This document shows positions 1 through 12,300 of a stretch of 49,348 bases of DNA, one piece after another (the stretch's first letter is position 1; every line of letters begins with the position of its first letter). The position numbers and the translations under genes are program-made. Origin of the DNA: Callorhinchus milii (taxonomy: Eukaryota); the NCBI RefSeq assembly GCF_018977255.1, contig NW_024705388.1, forward strand, positions 1 through 49,348, read 5' to 3'. The notes under the pieces were generated by a model. That model searched no databases and had not been told where the DNA came from. It was given only the letters and a program-made list of their open reading frames with translations.

Positions 1-29
1 CGCTCGTGCTGGCACGCGCTCCCATGTAG

Positions 30-350
30 GGGCTGCAGGGCGTGCGCTCGCAGCTCGAGGGCCTGGAGAAGGACAACGCGCAGCTGGACGAGGAGAACGC
101 CGCCCTGCGCCACACCGTCGAGTCGCTGAAGTCGGCCGAGGCGCGGTTGGTGCAGGCCGAGCGTGACAACCGCGACCTGGAGCAGGAGAAGGAGACGCTG
201 CGGCGCTCGCTCGAGGGCCTGCGCACTGCCGGGCGCAAGGCCGAGCGGCTCGAGGCCAGCGTGCAGGCCCTCGAGACGGAGAGCCAGCGCACCCAGCGGG
301 CGCTGGAGGCCGCCAGCAAGAAGGCCGCGCAGACAGAGTGCGAGCTGCAG
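30..350 (+). CDS. CCDC88A: CCDC88 exon (coiled coil)
   Basis: tag|GGG...CAG|gtgcgt; [27 protein letters not shown]. Confidence 0.85.
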
Positions 351-3300
351 GTGCGTGCGTGCGGGCGATCGCGGGAGAAGGATCGGAGAGTGCTTGCCAT
401 TATCGCCACATGGATCACTGGAATAGTTGGTGGGGGGAAGGGGGGTAAGCTCGACTGGGGAGAATCGGTGAGAGCTGCATTGTTTATGAACCCGTGAAGC
501 CTATCCAGTATAGTGAGGTCGAAACTGGGTGCTGTAAACGGAGATAAAGGTGGCTGGGCATGGAGAGCGGTAGTGTGGCAGTTATCGCGCTATGTACCCA
601 GCGACCCGAGTTTGATTCCCGATCAGGACTAACATTGATAACGAATATCCGAACCTGTGCCGAGCCTGCCCTCGGTTGACTTATCCTTCACGGAGTACCT
701 GGTGGGAAAGCTGGACTGGCCACACCGGCCCGTCATGCATCTGCACTGGCCTGCCTAGGCCCGCAGAGTAAAAACAACGATGTTTAACTCAACCTGATTA
801 GCTATGTAGCCGTTCCGTGACGGGTCAGGTGACATTGCCGTGGCTGTGCCGGCACAGGAGATGGAGCTGGAGAACCAGTCGCTGCAGCGCAGCGTGGAGG
901 AGCTGCGCATGTCGGCGCGCCGGCTGGAGGTGGCGGAGCAGGCGGCTCGCTCGCTGGAGGCCGAAGTGGCACAGATCGAGAAGGAGCGCAAGCAGCTGAA
1001 GAAGGAGGTGTGGCGGCTGCGCCAGCAGGCGGAGGTGCGCGAGGCCGTGGCGGAGGAGGCGGCGGCACGCATCGCGGAGCTGGAGGTCAACGGGCGCTCG
1101 CTGTCGCGCGAAGTGGCGCGTCTCTCGGAGTCCTGCGCCCGCCTGCGTGACGCCGAGCGAGACAGCAAGGAGCTTCTCAAGGAGGTCACCATCGGCAAGA
1201 AGACGCTGGCGACGCTCCGAGAGGTCGGGCCGATGCGCCGGCGGCATCCTGCGTGTTTTGGCTTCGTCGCGTTTGAATTTATGTTGCGGGGAGGGCGTTA
1301 AAAAGCTTGTTTTGACTTCAGTTGGGCAACCAGGAGTCGTGGCATGAGATGAAGAATCCATACCGAACTCTCTTAGAAGGCGATATCGCAGAACTATTTC
1401 TGAGATTACTTCAAATGATATTTAGTTTGCTTATCTAATTTGTGATATTCTCCATAATCATGCTAACTGTTACGTTGTGTTATATATTTTTTATACTTGG
1501 GGATGATGCATTTTTCCTCTTTGGCCTACGATAGGGATGTTCACATAGCAGTCAAACTAATTTTTAAAAATATTCCTAGACCTGGAGGGTTTATCATATC
1601 GATACATCTCAGAGCCAGATTTTTGGCACGTAGTGATTTTTTTTGCGTGCAGTCATTCATCGGATGGCCTGAGGCCATCGGCCCAATTCACCGGTATAAT
1701 CACGGTGGTGGCTTAATACGGGATTCACACCCAGGATTTTGATAAATCGATTGGTTGCAGCCCATGTTTGAAATACACCGAGCATCCTGGAGTTCTTGTA
1801 CGAGTTCCGGGTTGGTGCGTGCGGCGCGCAGGACCTGGTGACCGAGAAGCTGCAGGGCCAGCAGCTGAGCAATGAGCTGGACAAGCTGAGCAACGAGCTG
1901 GAGAAGATAGGCCTCAACAAGGAGCGGCTGCTACAGGACGCGCACAGCAACGACGATACGTAAGGCACACGCGCCACCGCTCCCCCACTGGCTCCTGTGC
2001 GTACCTCCACCATCAACAGCAGCATCTACGCCAGCGCTGCTGCCCACCTATGTACGCTCGCACACCACCATATGAGCCAGCACAAGCTTACATGCACCAT
2101 CCACTACAATGCCTACGCAACAACAACAACCGCCATTCGCCACTAAGTGGCGGTGACGTCACCACGATGCTTGTGCCAGGCCATGTGCACCTTGCGGCCA
2201 CGTGAAGTGTCGAATGCCCGCTGGCAGGAGGTCACGGGGCAGACCCAGGTGCCACGGGTCGCCTACTCAAACACCGCTCACGCCAGCACTGACAATACAG
2301 CACCACCTACAACACCTATACCACCACAAGCATCGTGGTGGCGCCGTGGTGGAGAAATGTTAACTACCTCGCCTGGTATGCAGAAGGTCGTGGGTTCGAT
2401 CCTGACCCTAATGCCTGCTGTATATTTGGAGTTTGCATGTTCTTCCCGTGATCATGTGGATTTTTCTCCGGTTTTCCCTCCACATTCAGAAACACGCATT
2501 TATAGTATTTGTCAGCTTTCCATTTCTACACGATAAGCCACTTTGTTGCGCTATCATTTGTTGCCAGGTTGCTTCTGCAAAAGCTTTCTAGCTCAGTGGG
2601 CCTTAGCTGGTAAAATATAAATCGTTTTAATTTGTTAGTTTTAACAACCTCCCCTCCTAGGACCATCTACAACCAAAATTGTCTCCTACATACACCACCT
2701 TGAACAGCATGAACTCCGTCACCCACATTGAGAAAGGGAGTGATCACCCTTGTTCAACAAATACATTTGACTTGAGCTCCATCGTATCAGCACCACCACC
2801 AGCAACACAACCTTCACTATCAACGGCACCGCCACCACCACGACCATCACCACTTCCGCCACCTGCAACCAAATCAGCCCGATTGCGCCGATCTCTTTGC
2901 ATCTCGGAAGTTCAAAGCAGGACGACGCATGGTTCGTACCTCAATGGGAGACTCGGGCAGTAGGATTGGCTTGCACGAGTTTGTCGGGAGACGTCGGCGC
3001 ACCGATGGAAAGTCAAATGCGTTCGTGCAGAGCTCCGAGCGTTTGGTTTGCCGCCGTCACGGTGCGAGCTCTTAACGGTCCCCTCCCGTGGTCGCGGCAA
3101 CCGCTGAGCAGTAAGTACAAGATCCTGGAGTCGAGGATCGAGTCGACGCTCAAGAAGACGCTGGAGCTGCGGGAGGAGAAGATCTCGGCGCTGGAGTCGC
3201 GCCTCGAGGAGTCCTCCAACCTCAACCAGCAGCTGCGGCAGGAGCTCAAAACGGTTTGTGGAGCACGGCGCCTTGTCCTTCGATCCGCCCCCCACCCCCC

Positions 3301-6300
3301 CCCCTAACTTTTTGGGTCATTTTGAATAAAAAAGAAGTTATTACGAGTAACGAAAACCAGTGGCAGAGATATTTGCTTGTGGTGAACCGTTGCTGCTGAA
3401 TGAATGCGCTACCCCCAGTAGGCTCTATGGCTGATGGTTCGTGTAAAAAATATGTTTTGTGTTTTTCGTTTTATGTGGAGGTACAGATATGGCAGGGAGG
3501 TGTATTTTTTCTTATTTATCTTGTTTATTACATTCCCCACGGCGACATTTCTCTTCAGGTTGTACAACGGTCATTTAAGGGCAAGTGAGGATTTTTACTC
3601 ACGTATTTGAAGTTGAGATTAAAACCCGAAAGGTAGGGGGAGTGGACTTTATGACTCCTCCGACCCAGAACCCGGCGGCCAGTTCAGCGGGGCCCTCCGC
3701 TTGCCTTCGGATTAGGTGACGTCACCACCGTCCGGGCGTGAGAGACACCGTCGGCAGGCAGGCGCACGCGCACGCGCGAGCTTACGGAGAGGAGGAGCGG
3801 ATGCGACTTGCGTTGACGTGCCCGCGTTGTGGCTCCCAACCAGGTGAAGAAGAACTACGAGGCTCTGAAGCAGCGGGAGGAGGAGGAGCGCAAGAGCGGC
3901 GGCGGCGGCGTCAGTCCCCTGCCGGGCCGGCGCGCCGACGCGCTCGCCGTGAGCCAGACGCAGAGCGAGTCGCGTGAAGCCACACGGGAACTGCTGCGCG
4001 TCAAGGACCGGCTCATCGAGATCGAGAGGAACGTACGTCCGTGCTCTCTCTCTCTCCGCGCGCGGATGTGCGCACGGCCGCCGCTAAAGATGTCGCGCGG
4101 AGCGAGATGTTCCGCCGAAGGGTGCTGTTGCACGGGGGCAGTGAGGCCTACGAATGACGTGTTCTGGGATGGAAGCGTGACCCCCTGACCGTGACGGCGC
4201 GTCGAGAGTCGTCGTGGTGGCGAATCGTCGCATGCCGCGATTACTCCCTCTCTTTGGAGAGACTGAACTTTCCATAGTAATGTGGAATTTCAGCGTCTGG
4301 CTCAGGTGCAGCCAACGGATTCAAGTGCTGCCCAAAGCTCGCTTGAGCTTGCAAGATCTTTAACGTGACTTTGTAGTTATAATTATTATTATAATAATCG
4401 TGATTTTGTTGATTTGCTACACGATGAACGATGAATCCTGTGACACAAACTTTCTTAAGACTGCTGCCCCACCTCCCCCCATGCTGCTGCTTCCCCCTAT
4501 GCCCCAACAGAATGCGACGCTACAGGCAGAAAAGCAGGCACTGAAGGCGCAGTACAAGCAGCTGGAGTCACAGAACAACCACCTGCAGACGCAGATCCTG
4601 GCTCTGCAGAAGCAGGCCGTGTCGCTGCAGGAGCACAACACCGCGCTGCAGACGCAGAACGCCAAGCTGCAGGCAATGCTCGCACCCCAATCACAGCCCA
4701 TCGCACAACCACATCCACACAGAGAGCTACGTTGACTGTTCAGGAGAGTGCTGTTAGGGAGCACCTATAAAGGCTGTCGCGGCACACAAGGAGGTGTTGC
4801 GACCAGCCCGCCCGCCTTTGTTTCCCCAGTGCCAATGTGTGTTTAGACATGGGGGAGGCCCAGGACCTGTTGAGATGTTGCTCTGATATCACTCGTCACT
4901 GATGATAGCCATGGCCTGGAACCGAACCCAGGTCGCCAGGTTCACGGCGCAATGCGCCAATCACTGCATTGTGCCCCAACAGCATCAGCTTCCGTGCTGC
5001 CAATTATTTTTTTCCATAGACAAGCAACACACTCCATAATGCACGCGTACGCCCGACGTTTCCCAGCTCGTGCCCTATATCTGCTGACCTCTTGCGCACC
5101 GCCGCCCCCCCCCACCCCATCGTCCTCATACCCATCCCCGTCTCCCGCCGTCGCCCTGGGCCCCCCGCGCAGGTCGAGAACTCGGCCGTGAGCTCGCAGA
5201 GCGCCTCACTCATGGCGCAGAACGCGTCGCAGCAGGGCCAGCAGGCGGCGCTGGAGGCCGAGGCGGAGGAGCTGGCGCGCTCGCGCGAGGAGCTGCACGC
5301 CACCTACGAGGCGCTGAGCCGCGACCACGAGCGCCTCGTGGGCCTGCACGAGCGCCAGGCCGCCGACTACGAGGCGCTCATCGGCAAGCACGGCCACCTC
5401 AAGAGCGCGCACCGCGCCACGGAGCTGCAGCACAAGGAGCTGGAGGACAGGTACCGCTGGCGTCCGTCCCCTCGACGGCGCCGTCGGGGACGCCCCACGG
5501 CGCCTGTCATGGGCTGGCGTTGCGGGATTAAAGTCGGGGGCGTGCAAACTTTGTAGCCCACAGGGCGGGCCGGAAGCCGCCTGGCTTTGGGCGACGCTCA
5601 AGCACCGGCGGGGGGGGTGGAGTTGGGGTCACACGAACGCGGGGCCATCGACAAGGCGGCTGTCCCACCAAGCGACGTCACTCTGGCTTACGCAACGTCT
5701 AGGCTTCCATTTACCATTTTTGGTCCAAGGAGAGCCGGGAGATATTTCACAGTGGCCCGAGCTCAAAAAAGGTTGCACGTGCCCCAGATTTTTAATCTTA
5801 AAGTACGACGCGGCAGCGACTGCTTGTCCTTCAAGTCTAACTGAACACCGGTCAATCGATCTTGAATAAAAATGTGTTTGGTAAGACGTGAGTTTGACGA
5901 ACACGCTGCTTGTGCTGACCTTTAAATCGGTCGGACGGGAGGAATGGTGGTGAGGGATGGGGGGAGGGATGGGGTAAGGGATGGGGGTGAGGGATGGGGG
6001 TGAGGGATGGGGGTGAGGGATGGGGTGAGGGATGGGGGTGAGGGATGGGGGTGAGGGATGGGGGTGAGGATGGGGTGAGGATTGGGGTGAGGGATGGGGG
6101 TGAGGGATGGGGGTGAGGGATGGGGGTGAGGGATGGGGTGAGGGATGGGGGTGAGGGATGGGGGTGAGGGATGGGGGTGAGGGATGGGGGTGAGGGATGG
6201 GGGTGAGGGATGGGGTGAGGGATGGGGGTGAGGGATGGGGGTGAGGGATTGGGGTGAGGGATGGGGGTGAGGGATGGGGTGAGGGATGGGGGTGAGGGAT

Positions 6301-9300
6301 GGGTGAGGATGGGGTGAGGGAGGAGAGCCGAGGAGGGAGCTGAGCATAGGTTGAGTGAGCCATTCGTTCTTCATGTGCACGGTGCCGCAGGTACAACACG
6401 CTGCTGAAGCAGAAGGTGCAGCTGCAGGAGCTGGAGGGCGTGCTGCGTGCCGAGCAGGACAAGCTGGCGCAGGATGCCAGCAAGTACGAGTCCATCGCCA
6501 GCGACTACCACCGCTGCGGACGAGAACGACAGGTGCAGGCAGCTCGAGCCGCGACACGTCTGCGTGCGCCAGTGTGTGTGTGCGCGCGGTAGTGCTTGCC
6601 GAGCAGAGGGGCGGCTACGTAACACCCTGCGTATGTTGGCCAGGCGGGGAGTTCAGGTGGTGCGCGCTGCCAGTCGTCTCGGTCAGTTAGCCGACCGAGA
6701 TGACTGGCAGCGAGCCCTTCCCCACTTCTCGCGGTCTCAAAGCGCGCCCAGCCCCGGCACGGGCGCCCTCGCTGACTCTGCGTCCGCCCACCCGCAGGCT
6801 GAACCTGACCTACAGCCACCTCATGAAGGAGCACGAGGGGCTCCAGGTAGATCACAAAGCGACCAAGAGCCAACTCAACGGGAGCCGCCTGGAGCAGGCA
6901 CGCCTCGAGGCCGAGTACTCGGAGCTTCGCGAACACTGCCAGCAGCTGGACGTCACCTCGGCTAAGCTGAGCAACCAGTGCGAGGTGCGGCCCCCCCCCC
7001 CGCACCCCACCCCTCCACAAGATCCCCCTCCCCCTTTATATAGCCTTTAGAAACGTATTGCTACAGGATACTGCTGCATCTAAGCTGGACCCCGAAGAGT
7101 GACCAACGTAGACGTAAGAAAAAGGTGGCACACTTTTTGAACACGCGTGTAGGATGGACAACAACAGGCCCTAAAGGAGAATGGCTTGGGGACGACGTAA
7201 GAGATTTTGTGCTAGAAAGATGTTACACTACTCGAGAATATTGGCGCAAGACGAAGGAAAGTGGAAACAAATGACGAAATGTGCAGTAGACACCTGCGGG
7301 CTTGTCTACCCATGGATCGTGATGACAATGATTTGATAGCCGTTGGGGCAAGTGCTGTTGGCCAGCACATACGAAAGGCCCATTGTGGACAGAACTACGC
7401 CTGGCCTCCTTTGTCTCCCCACCGGTGGTGACGTTTACACACTGCACGGGGTACTAATTTCAGGCTGAGCCAACCTAGGGAAGCCCAGGATCGGTTCATA
7501 TATTCGTCACCGATGTAGGCCGCGAATGTGGGATTCGAACTCGAGTTTTTACGGGTTCGGAGCGAAAGTAAGAAGAGACGGCTGTCATTGTCATTCTCCT
7601 CTCACCATCCTGTACTCGGATGCCACCTCAGAGCACCGATGGGGTCTGTGTTCCCACTGCATGTGCTTGTGCCCGTGCACGGTTATCAAACCAAGCCGTG
7701 TGCTTTCAATCAGGCCGATCCAGCAGGCCAGTCGTGGAAACCGGCCGTGACGTCACACGCCAAGTTCACAATCCCAGCCATGGATTATATGTTTTTTATC
7801 AAATGCGAGCCCGTTACAGCCCGTTGCGCAGCTCTCAAATCCAAAAAAACCATCCCGACGCAACTGAGCCGCATGTAGCGGTTGGGGCGGGGGTAAAAAA
7901 GAGGGGGGGCGGACCCGCTGCTCCAACTAAGTGAGGACATCACGTTGTGGGAGAAATGAAAGCCGTGGGTATTGTTAAAAACGGAAGAGCATTTTTTTAT
8001 GTGAACTTTTAGCCATGCCTTACTTTGCTGGTTCCGTGCTGATATGTGAATTGGAGGGGGGAAGCCTAGGACCGGCTTGGATAAATACTCGCCACTGATG
8101 TAAGCCATGGCCAGGAATCAAACTTGGGTTGCCAGGTTCACCATACGATGCAATAACAATTGCAGCACCGTTCCACCCATGGAAAATGAAAAGATCCAAA
8201 ATCACACAAAATGTCATAGGCTTTCGTTTAAAATGAGATTTCATAATCTTGTCACGAGCATAAACAAACCAATTGTGTAACGATGACTTGATGCGTCATC
8301 ACATGCTCTCTTCTGCCAAGGCCAAAGGAGGAGGTCACCGTCTCTGTGTTTGCATGTGCAGCTTTTATCGCAGCTCAAGGGCAACCTGGAGGAGGAGAAC
8401 CGGCACCTCCTGGACCAGATCCATCGACTCATGGAGAGCAAGGAGCAGTACCACTCTGAGCAGATGCAGTACATGTACGTTACCAAAACACTGGCCCTGC
8501 GCGTTTTGCAGGGGTTCCCCTTGGCTTAGCCCGTTGACATTAAGGTACGGGGGTGGCTCAACCTGCCGAAGCTGGTACCGCTGAAATCCTGGGTTCTAAT
8601 CCAAGCAGCCATCTGCAGTTTAATGGAGTTCTCAAGCGTAGTGAATTCATTGTCTCAGCCCGGTCACCAGTGATCGCACGAAAGATACCCATCGGATTAA
8701 ATTTGCTCCGCACTTAATTGGACTACGCTTCAGCTTTGAGAATTCATGTATTAGTTTGACTGTTGGACCGATCATTACCTCGGGGCAGAGTGAGTGACAA
8801 AGTGCTGCCCCCTCTACTGCTGCATTGAATAGAGGTCACTTGAAGGGATCTCAGAAGTAGCTCTGTGGTATCTGCTTCCGTGGGCCGTTTCAACCACAAA
8901 TGGGGCTGTGCTCGAGATTTAAATAGATTCTCCGTCTCACGGACAACATTGTGACTTTTGACCTCTCGTAGTCATTGGACGGCAATGTCTGCACAGGGCA
9001 CATGGAGCAGGGAGGGGAGTGGACGGTACACGGTATGCGGGATCACGTGCCACTTGTGCCGCAGAGACAAACTGAACGAGCTGCGGAGGCAGAAGGAGAG
9101 GCTGGAAGAGAAGATCATGGACCAGTACCGCTTCTACAGCCTCTCGCCGCCACGACGGTACGGCAGGGCTCAGCGCGGCCGCTACAGATGCCCTAGCGCA
9201 CACTCACCACACGGTCAGTGCCACACCCAAACTATATGGGACAGCCAGATGTAACCCAGCGGTATCGAGGCACCGCCAGTTGAAACTAGTAGCATCTAAT

Positions 9301-12300
9301 CCTGTACGCTGACTGCTGGTGAGCGCCGGAAGAGTGAAACCAGTCCAGAGTTTCCATTGTTGAAGCAAATACGACGTGGTGAGTAGCAGAAGGCAGTGTG
9401 GCAAAATAAAATTGTTGTTCCTATGCTCATGTCGATGCTGTCGGGTCTCATCGAATAGTCCTCGTCGTGAATCGGAATCAATTCTCGCGCACGCGGTTTG
9501 TTGGTGCCACGTAACGTGCATCGCGAGCACAGGAATCGATTTGAATCGATTTGAATCTATTTAACCTTTACATCTTTAACTTCTTAAGACCCTGCCTCGC
9601 AGTGAGCCTCGCGCCTGGCTCAAAAACCGTCCCTAGGCCACGTCGTCATCAATCCCCGTTATCTCTCTGCTAGGAAAAGCAACTGGATCGCGGCGAAGAT
9701 GAAGAAGCTGATCCGGCCGAAGAAGGAGGGCGGTGGCGGCGTCGCCGGCACCGGCGCCGGCAGCAGCACGACCGTGGGTCGGGAGCAGCTGCGCTGCAGT
9801 GTGGAGGGGGCGCTGGGCGACGGCCTCCCCGGGGACAGCCAGGACAGCTCGTCCGTCGGCTCCAACTCGCTGGACGAGATCGGAGCTCACGGCGCCCACG
9901 CCGTCACCGTCACCCGCAAGAGCAGCAGTGAGTGGCTCCGCCGGGCGGGCGAGGCGGGCGAGGTGGCAGGGCGGGTGGACAAGAGGGCAAGCGGGGCACC
10001 GCGTAGCAATATCAGAGTTTCGAGCTGTTGTGAGACTTTTTTACCCCATAGGATTTGGACCCGGGATCAATATACTATATTTATTTGAACCCTGGTGTAC
10101 AATTCCTATTCAAGCAATGCGACTCCCCTCCACCCTGCCCGCGGTCAGAATTAGGGTTATCATTCGGATTAAAGAGGTTAGCCTACCTACCATGGGACTG
10201 CGTTAAAATAATAGAAAATATTATGACCCCAGCATTAGAATACTATCTCACACCGTCTCCGGGTATTGACGCCGAGCTAATGTTCTCAACCCTTGCTTGT
10301 GCCGTATGGATGTTCCGGCACACGGGCACGTGAGTCACCGTCCGGCAAACCGCCCCGGCCGCGCCCATCGCCAGGGAAGGCAACGGTTCACCAGCTGCGC
10401 CGTTGATGTTCGGTGCCTAACGGGGCGTCGATTCGTCAATCAAAATCGATTCTTGCACTTGCGAAACATCCGTGCGCTGACGGTGTTCCAATGTTTGCTA
10501 AATATATATCGCTCGTGCCATGCCTATAAAATGCATCCATCAAGTCATGCATACAGGAAACGATTATTTTCAGTTGATATATATTTATACCAATACATAC
10601 GAATATGCACGTATGTATGTTAACTTTTTTCGCACTCTACGTAGCCAACCGTGCTCATAGGAGGTGCAAAATATAAATTCTATACATGCCAACGTAAATA
10701 TTCTGCGTGCACCACAAGACCGAAGAGCATACATTTACCAATCTGATCGCGACGATCTGTGGGATCGTGGAAGGTGGTGGAGGGAATCGCTCCATCGCCT
10801 CGTTTGCAGGTCACCGTCTCCCTGTCGTTTTTAAGCATCGAAGGATTTCTGAGCTCTCTCTGTCTCCTCTCTCGCGCTTCACTCTCTCGCCGGGCTGGAG
10901 GCCACACCGCGCTGGGTCGGCACGGCACCCCTCGGCTAAACTCCGCGCCGCACCCCCCCCACCCCACTGTGGTGCTCTCGCTGTCGGTACCCCCCCCACA
11001 CCCCCTCGCCACCTTCTCCAAAGTTTGACCTCTCTCTCCACCTCTCTGCCTTCCTGCCTACCTTCCCCACCACCTCGCGGCTCCACCGCTCCCGCCCACT
11101 TCTCCCCTCCCCCGCACCCCCCCTCCGTGGTCCACGTTGCGTCCCCCGCGCGCAGCGAGCACGCTCAAACGGCTGCTGCGGAGCAGAGCCAAGGACAGGG
11201 ACGAGCGGAAGGCGTTGCACCGGCGATCCATGTGTAAGGCGCTCCACCACCCCCCTCCACCCCCCCCGCCCTCCCACCTGCTGCGTTGCGCTACCTCCCC
11301 CAGCATGACCCTGCAAGCAGCTTCCATACTAACAGCCCGAGCCCTTGCCGCCCGTCATCTCGCCCCGTGCGTCTGCCCGCGACTGCGACCAACTCGAACC
11401 CCCCCCCCCCCCACCCTGAGCTGCTCGGCGCACTGTGGTGGACTCTGTGTACGTGAAGCGGGCTACGCGCTGCGCTTGCGAAACCTCTTCGTGCGTTTGT
11501 TTTGACGGATGTGTGGGAGCCCGTGGTTTTGTTGTCGTCGTTGTCTGCCTTGCGATTAACATTTTAATTTTTTTTTTAACGCCGTGTGACCGTCGTCCTT
11601 CGTTGGCTTGCATCCCCTTTCCGTTGCGGCTTTTTCTTTATTGGGTTTTGTCGGCGAGGTGAAGTAGATGGCTGACCCTAACGCTCTAGTTCCTCCTCCC
11701 AGACGATAAAATACCCAGTGGAAAAATTGGCCAAACGTACCTCAGCAAGACCCTCCTCAAAAAAGGAGTCCCTGAGACTCGGCAAAGCTTTTCCCGGTAA
11801 ATAACGGGGACTCCCTTGGAACCTCATTTGCCAGTAACAAAATATGATAATTGTTTTTTTACCCTTTTATCTGGCAACAAGATAGATAACGGGGGACTCT
11901 TCATACCACTCCTCCGTTGTGTTCCCGGCTTGTACCGCGTAATTGGATAGCACGATGTCCGACGATTCTTCAGGCCCTGATGCGCTCCGGGTTTAGCAGT
12001 GGAGGGTTTAGCTCTTAAACGTCAGACGCCGTGCCGAATAACACGGGCGTGCAAACCGAAAACCACGGTGGAGAAGCCGAGCAGCTCAACCGCGCAAAAC
12101 ACCACCCAGCAAATAAGACTCTTTAACGTCCTTATTAGCGTTCCGGATGCCTTCCTTTCCAGAGACCCGGGTACGGCCGCGGCGTCTTGGCGTCTAACAA
12201 CACCGACGTGTCGCCCCGACAGCTGCACGCCGAACGCCCTTTAACCCCCCCCCCCCCACCACGACCCAGCATGATTATGGCGGCGATGCCGTGCGACCCC

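Noticed and set aside
2338..2410. tRNA gene
   Set aside because: A/B-box-like head continues into a SINE core shared by five copies; no intact cloverleaf seen.
755..5601. Antisense Ser/Arg/Cys-rich ORFs over CCDC88 exons
   Set aside because: Shadow ORFs caused by GC-rich codon usage.
5629..6557. Long Pro/His-rich minus-strand ORFs (288 and 211 aa)
   Set aside because: Translations of the G-rich minisatellite, not genes.
2154..7756. Intronic TGACGTCA palindromes at ~2154, 3717 and 7748
   Set aside because: 8-mers in CpG-rich DNA with no other support for regulatory function.
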